This document shows, one piece after another, positions 57,049-64,000 of a DNA stretch of 64,000 nt (positions are counted from its first letter, which is position 1; the number at the start of each line of letters is the position of its first letter). The stretch comes from an uncultured Alphaproteobacteria bacterium (GTDB lineage: Bacteria > Pseudomonadota > Alphaproteobacteria > UBA7985): NCBI GenBank assembly GCA_905479265.1, contig CAJQLX010000004.1, forward strand, positions 4,548 through 68,547. The letters run 5' to 3'. The notes below the pieces were generated by a model. That model made no database searches and had not been told where the DNA came from. It saw nothing but the letters and a program-made list of their open reading frames with translations. A program made the position numbers and the translations under genes.

Positions 57049-58041
57049 TCAGGTCATGAGCACGATTTTGCCCGCGTCCACCCGGCCATCGAGCAAATCA
57101 GCAAAGGCCTGAGCCCCGTCGCTCAGGCTGCGCTGCTCGACCCATTTGAAGTCGCCAAACGCCCCTCGGAAAATCGCATCCGCCGTTTCGCGGAAGTCCT
57201 CAGCGGTGTAGGTGTAGGTGCCACAGAAGGTTATTTCCTGCAGCGTCATCCGGCGAATATCCAAGCCGCCCGTCGCCTGCCCCAAGCCAATGTGCGCGAT
57301 GATCCCGCCGGGCTTCACGATGGTCGAGGCAATCAGGCGCGTTGGCTCAAAGCCAACAGCATCGATCACCAAATCTGGTGTCTTCGAACCGGCATCCTCG
57401 AACGACGCGTGGAACTCAAACTGCGGCAGGTCTCGGCGCAACCGGTCCAGACGCACCGGATTGGTCTCCAACACTGTTACAGACCTCACGCCCTGAGCCG
57501 CTAAACTCAGCGCGGATCCAATACCGATAGCCCCGCCGCCCAAAACAACGGCGTGCATGCCCCCCGGCGCGCGGTGGGCCAAGCGCAGCGCAAGTTTAAC
57601 AGCGTGCCAGCCACAGGCCATCGGCTCGGTCAACGCCGCGTGCCACAGCGGCACCGCATCTGGCACCGTTACAAGATTGCTTGTTGGCATCGCCAGACGC
57701 TCGGCAAAGCTCCCCTCACGCGGGGGCATGGAGATGATTTGACGGCTGGGGCACAGATTATCGCGCCCTTCAACACAGGCCTCACACGTCCCACAGGACA
57801 CCAGCGGATTGATCGTCACCCGGCGGCCTGCTTCAGGTCCAGACCGAATAACTCCAGCGGCCTCATGCCCCAAAATCAGCGGCGCTGGACGGCGTTCGTC
57901 ATGGCCGAGATAAGCGTGCATGTCCGAGCCACAAATGCCGGAGCAATCCAAGTCGATCAGCGCTTCGCCCGCCTGAGGGTTTGGCTCATTAACGTCCGTG
58001 TAGACCAGCTGTTTCGGGCCTTTGTAAACCAGTGCTTTCAT
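57049..58041 (-). CDS. hpsP: Zn-dependent dehydrogenase, DHPS 2-dehydrogenase
   Basis: CGSD.H, GHE, structural Zn C..C..C......C, GGGAIG. Position downstream of hpsN-hpsO. Confidence 0.8.
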   Translation of the reverse strand: MKALVYKGPKQLVYTDVNEPNPQAGEALIDLDCSGICGSDMHAYLGHDERRPAPLILGHEAAGVIRSGPEAGRRVTINPLVSCGTCEACVEGRDNLCPSRQIISMPPREGSFAERLAMPTSNLVTVPDAVPLWHAALTEPMACGWHAVKLALRLAHRAPGGMHAVVLGGGAIGIGSALSLAAQGVRSVTVLETNPVRLDRLRRDLPQFEFHASFEDAGSKTPDLVIDAVGFEPTRLIASTIVKPGGIIAHIGLGQATGGLDIRRMTLQEITFCGTYTYTAEDFRETADAIFRGAFGDFKWVEQRSLSDGAQAFADLLDGRVDAGKIVLMT

Positions 58042-58796
58042 TTGGCGGTGAACCCTCCGTCTACGAACAGAACTTGCCCTGTGATATAGTCACTCGCTGG
58101 CGAGCATAGGAACAGCAATGGCCCGGCTAAGTCTTCCATGGTGCCGTTTCGCCCGATGCAGGTTTGATCGGCCAGCGCCTGAGCCTTGTCCGGATCCGCA
58201 AAAACGGGGCCAGTCAGCTCGGTTGGAAAGAACCCCGGAGCGAGCGCGTTGCTCAAGACACCACGCGCCGACCATGCTTCCGCCATCGCGCGGGTCATCT
58301 GCTCGACACCGCCCTTTGATGCGCCGTAGCTGATGCCGTTGGCAAAGGCTCGGCGGGACTGGAGCGAGGCGAAGTTGACGATCCGCCCCCAGCCTTTCTC
58401 CGCCATGCCTGGCACCATTTGTTGTGCGAGGAAAAACGGGATCGACAAGTTTAGTTTGATTGTCTGATCCCAATCGGCCTGCTGCACCGCATCAGCGTGG
58501 ACCCGCATGTTGATGCCCGCTGCGTTGATTAGGATATCGGGCGCACCAAACGGCTCAGCGAGGGCCTGCGCAAGGTCTGCACAATCGTCCTGCGCCAGCA
58601 AATCAGCCGCCACGACCGCTGTATCGCCCGGCGCCGCGGCTGACCAGGCGTCCAGCTCAGCCTGACGCCGAGCCACGCCCACAACCTGCGCGCCAGCCCG
58701 TGCGAGGATGGTCGCCGCTGCTTGTCCCAAACCACTGCTTGCGCCCGTCACACAAGCAACCCTGCCGGCGAGCGAGAACAGTGTGTCTTGGGTCAT
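58038..58796 (-). CDS. hpsO: SDR, DHPS 2-dehydrogenase
   Basis: TGASSGLG, NAAG, ASLQS, YGASK, PGFFPT. Adjacent to hpsN. Confidence 0.8.
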   Translation of the reverse strand: MTQDTLFSLAGRVACVTGASSGLGQAAATILARAGAQVVGVARRQAELDAWSAAAPGDTAVVAADLLAQDDCADLAQALAEPFGAPDILINAAGINMRVHADAVQQADWDQTIKLNLSIPFFLAQQMVPGMAEKGWGRIVNFASLQSRRAFANGISYGASKGGVEQMTRAMAEAWSARGVLSNALAPGFFPTELTGPVFADPDKAQALADQTCIGRNGTMEDLAGPLLFLCSPASDYITGQVLFVDGGFTAK

Positions 58797-60110
58797 TCAG
58801 TCGTCTCCCTGCGCGCTGAGATCGAAGTTCTCACCGGGGAAATATTTGGCCAACCGCACATCCGCCGCGCGTGCGTGGCCTTCCATGCCTTCCAGCCGGG
58901 AAATGCGGGCTGTTGCCTGCCCCACTTGCTTCATACCTTCGCGCGTTGCGCGCTGCCACGTGACCACTTTCATGAATTTGTGGACGGACAGACCGCCCGT
59001 GTACTTCGCAGCACCATTGGTGGGCAGTACGTGGTTGGGGCCAGAGGCTTTGTCACCAAAGGAAACCGTGGTTTCTTCGCCTAAGAAAAGCGAGCCGTAG
59101 TTCTGGAGGCGATTGAGCCACCAATCGAGGTCGGCGGCTTGCACCGTCAAATGCTCAGGCGCGTAGTCGTCAGAGACGGCTGCCATTTCTTCGCGGTCGG
59201 AACACAGAACCACTTCCGCGTAATCCCGCCAAGCCGCAGCGGCGTTGTCACCGTTTTGGCCGGGAAGGTCATTAATCAACGCCGGAACCCGCGTCAGTAC
59301 GGCATTCGCGACTTCTCGGCTATCGGTGACGAGCCAAACTGGCGAGTTATAGCCATGCTCCGCTTGGCTGACCAAATCGACGGCGACGATTTCCGGATCC
59401 GCATCTGCATCCGCGAGGATCAAGCTGTCAGTCGGCCCTGCAAACATATCGATGCCCACACGACCAAACAGGATGCGCTTGGCTTCGGCAACAAACTGGT
59501 TGCCCGGCCCCACCAGAATATCGGCCTTGGGCAGATCAAACAGCCCAAACGCCATTGACGCGACGCCCTGCACGCCACCCATGGCCAGAATACGGTCTGC
59601 GCCACAGATGTTTGCGGCGTGGATGATCGCAGGCGCGATGCCCACGTCTTTGCGCGGCGGAGAGCACGCGGTGACGTGCTGCACGCCTGCAACCTTTGCA
59701 GTCGTTACGGTCATGATGGCGCTGGCGATGTGGCTGTATCGGCCACCGGGGACATAGCAACCGGCAGAAGACACGGGAATCAGGCGCTGGCCCGCAACCA
59801 AGCCGGGGACGATTTCCATCTCCATTTCTTGCATGGTTTCCCGTTGGCGCTCGGCAAAGCGGCGCACGTTATCGTGGGCGAACGCGATATCGTCTTTGAG
59901 TTTTTGACTGACCTTCGCAGAGGCGGCGGCAATGTCTTCCTCGTCGAGCATCAGAGGGCCGTTGTACTGGTCGAACTTGGCCGCATACGCACGCGCAACT
60001 GACTCACCGCCCTGCTCAATCTCGTCGAGAATGCCCTTAACGGTATCGCTGACGGACTCAGCTTCAGCAGAGGCCGTTTTGGCGGCGCGCTTTAAATACT
60101 CAACGGTCAC
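58797..60110 (-). CDS. hpsN: Sulfopropanediol (DHPS) 3-dehydrogenase
   Basis: HisD fold with PGGRYSHIASAIMTVTTAKVAG, SQAEHG, FGDKASGPNHVLPT, ARISRLEGMEGHAR. AGGAG RBS before GTG 60110. Confidence 0.9.
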   Translation of the reverse strand: MTVEYLKRAAKTASAEAESVSDTVKGILDEIEQGGESVARAYAAKFDQYNGPLMLDEEDIAAASAKVSQKLKDDIAFAHDNVRRFAERQRETMQEMEMEIVPGLVAGQRLIPVSSAGCYVPGGRYSHIASAIMTVTTAKVAGVQHVTACSPPRKDVGIAPAIIHAANICGADRILAMGGVQGVASMAFGLFDLPKADILVGPGNQFVAEAKRILFGRVGIDMFAGPTDSLILADADADPEIVAVDLVSQAEHGYNSPVWLVTDSREVANAVLTRVPALINDLPGQNGDNAAAAWRDYAEVVLCSDREEMAAVSDDYAPEHLTVQAADLDWWLNRLQNYGSLFLGEETTVSFGDKASGPNHVLPTNGAAKYTGGLSVHKFMKVVTWQRATREGMKQVGQATARISRLEGMEGHARAADVRLAKYFPGENFDLSAQGDD

Positions 60111-60120
60111 TGCCGCTCTC

Positions 60121-61449
60121 CTATTTGTAGATTTCGGGAAGAAGGAAGGTCGAAACGAAGGGAACGTAGGCAATCAGCAACGTCACCAGCAGCATGAAGA
60201 ACACGAACGGCACAGCCCGTGCTGCGATCTTCAACACTGATTCTCCAGTCAACCCACTTACCACGAACAAATTTAGTCCCAAGGGCGGCGTGATGAAGCC
60301 CACGCCCAAAGCCGTAATCATCATCACACAGAATTGGATCTCATTCATTTCTATGTTGTCTGCAAGGGGCTTGAGGATGGGGGCTAATATGACAATGTTT
60401 GGCGTCGTTTCCATCACACAGCCAGCAGCAATAAGGATGACGATCATCAAGAGGATCAGAACGTAAGGATTGTCTGTGACGGAGGTGACACCATAGACAA
60501 AACCTTGCGGTACGCCCATCGCTGCCAGAGTTTGGGCTAGCGGCAATGAGAAAGCGATAATGGGTAAGATAACGCCATTTACCTTGGCCGAGCTGATCAA
60601 CATGCTTGGAAAATCTGAAAGCTTCAGCGTTCCAAGCATGAAACCCATGACGATCGTCACAATGACCGCTGTCGCCCCGGCTTCTGTTGGGGTGAAACGG
60701 CCAGAGAAAATACCAACAAAGATGATGCCGGGCACCAGAAAGGCGTACCAACCGTCGCGCACCGAGACGCCCAACTGCAGCAACCACTCGCGCAGGCTGA
60801 TCTGCTTACCGCCTTCATAGGCCATGCGACGGTTGATCAGGATGTTGGTGACCAGAATAGACGTTAGGATCAGCACGCCCGGGATCAGCGCTGCTTGGAA
60901 AAGTGTCGATGCTGAAATGCCCAGAACAAGGCCGATGATGATGTAGGCAATCGACGGTGGAATCAGAATGCCCGTACAGGCACCCGCCGCCACCAGCGCG
61001 CAAGCATAGGGGCGCGGATAACCGCTTTCGACCAGCCGATCGATGGTCATGCGCCCCACTGCTGCAGCACCGGCTGCGTCTGAGCCGGAAATGGCGGAGA
61101 ACATGCCGCACACCAACACCGTGGCTGAGCCGAACCCGCCTCGGGTCCAGTTGGTGAGCGCTTCGGCAACGTTGAGGAACTTTCGACTCAGCCCGGTCCT
61201 GACCAAAACATCCCCGGTCAGGATGAACAGCGGAATCGCGGTGAGGGCGAACGCGTCAATGCCGTCAAACAGTGACTCACCAAGCAGGGCAAGCGGCAGC
61301 ACGTCGCTCATGACCATCATAGCCACGGCGCTCGCACCAATCGACGCCCAAATTGGCACGCCCAAGGCGCACAAAGCGACAAAAAGAATGACAGGAAGAT
61401 AGAAAGACCAGCCTAGCTCAACGCTCTGCTGAAGTGTCTGCCACAGCAT
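60121..61449 (-). CDS. hpsM: TRAP transporter large permease (DctM)
   Basis: AIPLFILTG, FSAISGS, GILIPPSI, TPTEA, GFITPPLGLNLFV. Confidence 0.88.
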   Translation of the reverse strand: MLWQTLQQSVELGWSFYLPVILFVALCALGVPIWASIGASAVAMMVMSDVLPLALLGESLFDGIDAFALTAIPLFILTGDVLVRTGLSRKFLNVAEALTNWTRGGFGSATVLVCGMFSAISGSDAAGAAAVGRMTIDRLVESGYPRPYACALVAAGACTGILIPPSIAYIIIGLVLGISASTLFQAALIPGVLILTSILVTNILINRRMAYEGGKQISLREWLLQLGVSVRDGWYAFLVPGIIFVGIFSGRFTPTEAGATAVIVTIVMGFMLGTLKLSDFPSMLISSAKVNGVILPIIAFSLPLAQTLAAMGVPQGFVYGVTSVTDNPYVLILLMIVILIAAGCVMETTPNIVILAPILKPLADNIEMNEIQFCVMMITALGVGFITPPLGLNLFVVSGLTGESVLKIAARAVPFVFFMLLVTLLIAYVPFVSTFLLPEIYK

Positions 61450-61457
61450 GCTGAACC

Positions 61458-61973
61458 TCAATCAAACAGTTTGTTGCCCTCAAAGGGCGGACGGCCTTGG
61501 ACCAAGTCGCGGATGTCTCGAATGATTGACTGAGCCAAGCGGATCAGGACCAAAGCAAAACCAACGGGAACGGCCATCAAAAACCAGAATTTTGGAAGCC
61601 GCAGACCGTCGGTGACAGAGCCGTATTTGACACTGACCATGACCGTTTCATACGACCAATAAAACGCGAGAACAGCGACAAACAGCATCGCCAAATCGCC
61701 GAAAATATAGAGTACGGACTTCACGCGTTGGGGCACATAATGGAACAGCACATCAATCCGAATGTGTCCCCTCTCCCGCACCGCCGCAGCTGCCGCAATC
61801 CAAGCAAGGTAGATAAAGGAATAGCGCACGATTTCTTCACCCCAGACGGAGCTGTAGGAAAAAACCTCACGACGGATGACCTCCACCGCCATCGTGACCA
61901 CCAGGATGACGTAAAAAATGAGCAGCGCCCATTTCTCAATGTCTCGATCAAATATTTTTATCAGAGACCGCAC
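61458..61973 (-). CDS. hpsL: TRAP transporter small permease (DctQ)
   Basis: Four TM segments, WGEEIVRY, HIRID. Confidence 0.86.
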   Translation of the reverse strand: MRSLIKIFDRDIEKWALLIFYVILVVTMAVEVIRREVFSYSSVWGEEIVRYSFIYLAWIAAAAAVRERGHIRIDVLFHYVPQRVKSVLYIFGDLAMLFVAVLAFYWSYETVMVSVKYGSVTDGLRLPKFWFLMAVPVGFALVLIRLAQSIIRDIRDLVQGRPPFEGNKLFD

Positions 61974-62005
61974 CGTGATTCCCTTCTCAAGACCCCAAAA
62001 CAAAA

Positions 62006-62036
62006 GACTCCGCGCCACAGTCAAGGACGCGGAGCC
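62006..62036 (-). terminator. Stem-loop after the TRAP SBP gene
   Basis: CTCCGCG...CGCGGAG stem followed on the minus strand by TCTTTTGTTTT. Confidence 0.55.
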
Positions 62037-62052
62037 ATTGTATTAAGCAGCC

Positions 62053-63207
62053 TTACGCGTCATGGACGTAGTAGCGACCACGGGTGTTAGCACCTTCTTC
62101 AAGCTTGCTGAAGGCATCCATGGAGCCAGCGAGATCAACCTTAAACTGATCCCACTCGCTGCGCTGGTAACCCCCTGCGGCTTGCCACTCACCCAGCTGA
62201 TCTTCAGACAGGCTGTGGAACTCAACGCCAGACTTGGAAAGCTCAGACATTGCGTAAGCGCGTGCTGCTGGAACTTTCGCCAGGTTCTGTTGAGACGTCA
62301 CTTCAGAAGCAAACTCAATGCCTTCCTGAACGTCAGCCGGCAGACTGTTGAACCATTCGAGGTTACAGCTGAACACCTGGCTGTCTGGAACAGCTTGCGT
62401 GAAGGTTACGTGGCTCAAGATGTCCTTGAAACCAAAGACGTAGAGCGCACCAACGGACGGATCGAGAGCATCCGCAACACCTTGCTTAATCGCCGAAGGC
62501 GTCTCGCCCCAAGCAACAGGTGTCGGGTTTGCACCAACCATGCGGTAGTACTGCTGGAGCATCTTGGAACCCGGTACGCGGAACTTCACGCCTTCGAGAT
62601 CAGATGGAGACAGTACCGCGCCAGCACCGCCCTTGCGAACAGCAACTACGCGTGGATCGATGACCACGTAGAACAACGGCTTAAAGCCCTTAGCTTCTAC
62701 CTTGGGATGGACATTGCTGGTCCAAGCGTCGGAGCTGACGAGGTTCGTGAAACGCTGGTTCGCACCACAGAAGTACGGCAGGTTAATCAGATCAACCGCT
62801 GGCGCAAACGGCGCGAAGTTCGACAAGGAATGCTGAGCCGCCTGAATGGTGCCACTCTGTACTTTTTGCACCAGTGCGCCACCAGCGCCGAGCTGACCGC
62901 CCGGTGCGAGCTTCACGTATACTTTGCCGTTCGTTGCGTTCTGGATATTTTCCTTGAGGTCCAACTGCATGATTGGGTAGCTGCGGGATGCGCCGAGGAC
63001 GTACGCCGTAGCAACCAACATGGTGTGGTCCGCAGCAGCTTCACGCTCGCGCTCTTCAGCAGCAGTTTGCGCAACAGCTTCTTCCGACCACAGCGTACCA
63101 GCTGCACCAGCAACCATCGCTGCAGTAAAGCTACCAGCGGCAGTGAGCTTGAGGAAATTACGGCGAGACGCGTTGCCCAGCTCGTTTGTATTGTCTTTGG
63201 ATTTCAT
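62053..63207 (-). CDS. hpsK: TRAP transporter substrate-binding protein (DctP), Tat-exported
   Basis: SRRNFLK signal, GQLG, INLPY, DLEGVKFRVP, PTPVAWGE....KQGVAD. Confidence 0.86.
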   Translation of the reverse strand: MKSKDNTNELGNASRRNFLKLTAAGSFTAAMVAGAAGTLWSEEAVAQTAAEEREREAAADHTMLVATAYVLGASRSYPIMQLDLKENIQNATNGKVYVKLAPGGQLGAGGALVQKVQSGTIQAAQHSLSNFAPFAPAVDLINLPYFCGANQRFTNLVSSDAWTSNVHPKVEAKGFKPLFYVVIDPRVVAVRKGGAGAVLSPSDLEGVKFRVPGSKMLQQYYRMVGANPTPVAWGETPSAIKQGVADALDPSVGALYVFGFKDILSHVTFTQAVPDSQVFSCNLEWFNSLPADVQEGIEFASEVTSQQNLAKVPAARAYAMSELSKSGVEFHSLSEDQLGEWQAAGGYQRSEWDQFKVDLAGSMDAFSKLEEGANTRGRYYVHDA

Positions 63208-63246
63208 TTGGTGACCCTCCCAGTCAATCAGATTTGTTGAGCGCTT

Positions 63247-63441
63247 TCACTTATGACGACGCTGTGCTTCAAACAGCAAAGTGGAGATAACGAAAAGCGC
63301 ACAGGCAAGAACCAACACCAACATTTCGCCAACGTCGTTCAGCCAAACGGTGCCCAAGAAGGCTCCAGACGCAACGTTTGCGAAATAAAAAGCGAAGATG
63401 GCTGTCGAAGCCAAGAGCACTGTAATAGCCCAAGATTTCAT
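63247..63441 (-). CDS. Small two-TM membrane protein (64 aa) heading the hps transport operon
   Basis: GGAGG RBS, ATG 63441, two hydrophobic helices. Its stop lies about 40 bp upstream of hpsK. Confidence 0.72.
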   Translation of the reverse strand: MKSWAITVLLASTAIFAFYFANVASGAFLGTVWLNDVGEMLVLVLACALFVISTLLFEAQRRHK

Positions 63442-63523
63442 GTCGCCTCCCAACAACACGATTGTCTCCAACCGCTCCCGAAGGATCAGTTCTGCCGCCA
63501 ACTAAGACTGAATCTCAGAATAT

Positions 63524-63537
63524 TGCAAGCGCTTGCA
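63524..63537. promoter_or_regulatory. LacI-type operator TGCAAGCGCTTGCA (candidate HpsR site)
   Basis: Perfect 14-bp palindrome with central CG between the divergent hps operon and the LacI gene. Confidence 0.78.
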
Positions 63538-63641
63538 TTACGATTTTCCAATTTTTCCGGGAAAAGCCGGATTTGCGTTCAGTGGGTTGATCAAGCATCA
63601 GAGTCTGTGATTACTCTTTATAGCATAACATTTGAGAAGCC

Positions 63642-64000
63642 ATGATCACCAAGCCGCCCACACTGGATGATGTCGCTCAAGCTGCCGGGGTTTCGGCGGC
63701 GACGATATCGAGATGCATCAACACGCCCGATCGCGTGGCAGAGAGCACTCGGCTGCGCATCCAAGCGGCGATTGACGCTCTGGGCTACACACCGAACTTT
63801 GGGGGCCGCGCGCTCGCGACCCGGCGCACCAACATCATTGGTGCTGTAATTCCGTCGATGGCCAACTCAGTCTTTGCGGGCGGCATCCAAGCCTTTCAGG
63901 AAGTTTTGGCCCGGGAGAAAGTGACCCTGCTGATTGGCTCGTCCAACTACGATCCCGATTATGAATTTGAGCAGATCCAAACCCTGATCTCTCATGGTGC
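63642..64000 (+). CDS. hpsR: LacI-family regulator of the DHPS cluster, truncated by the window end
   Basis: Not in the ORF track. Manual translation gives MITKPPTLDDVAQAAGVSAATISRCIN...LGYTPNFGGRALA..., divergent from hpsKLMNOP. Confidence 0.85.
   Translation, partial: MITKPPTLDDVAQAAGVSAATISRCINTPDRVAESTRLRIQAAIDALGYTPNFGGRALATRRTNIIGAVIPSMANSVFAGGIQAFQEVLAREKVTLLIGSSNYDPDYEFEQIQTLISHG

Noticed and set aside
62062-63240. 392-aa plus-strand ORF
   Set aside because: Antisense shadow of hpsK.
1-64000. CRISPR arrays, tRNA/rRNA, IS elements, integrases and phage or defence genes
   Set aside because: No spaced direct repeats, cloverleaf-like segments, or transposase/integrase motifs were seen by eye. 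Short ncRNAs cannot be excluded without an Infernal search.

Overview
GC-rich bacterial chromosomal segment, densely coding. I saw no rRNA, tRNA, CRISPR array or mobile element. The gene content resembles a marine photoheterotrophic proteobacterium, roseobacter-like by inference. Recognisable modules: a stand-alone blue-tuned DTE proteorhodopsin; a dpp/opp-type ABC importer; a DmdA-like GcvT demethylase / enoyl-CoA hydratase / acyl-CoA ligase / phnX operon; a hydroxyproline catabolic operon; a CntA-like Rieske oxygenase; an FeS-BCP photolyase/cryptochrome; a non-pyrrolysine MttB; kynureninase; and a DHPS sulfonate catabolic cluster (hpsKLM-NOP, with hpsR cut by the window end). The best candidate for an undescribed system is an ~18.5 kb locus at 34778-53218. 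It encodes six SnoaL/NTF2-like (ester cyclase) paralogs, a second non-HpsN HisD-fold dehydrogenase, an epoxyalkane:CoM-transferase-like Zn enzyme, a cupin, a PhyH dioxygenase, an RraA-family aldolase, an alpha/beta hydrolase, a carbohydrate-type ABC importer, and LacI and LysR regulators. Two of its promoters share the same operator-like palindrome followed 7 bp later by TTGCCAA, which suggests one regulon for uptake and breakdown of an unidentified small molecule. All family calls come from motifs recognised by eye and from recalled homolog sequences, not from database searches. Start codons were adjusted from the ORF track where an RBS or a stop/start overlap supports an internal start.
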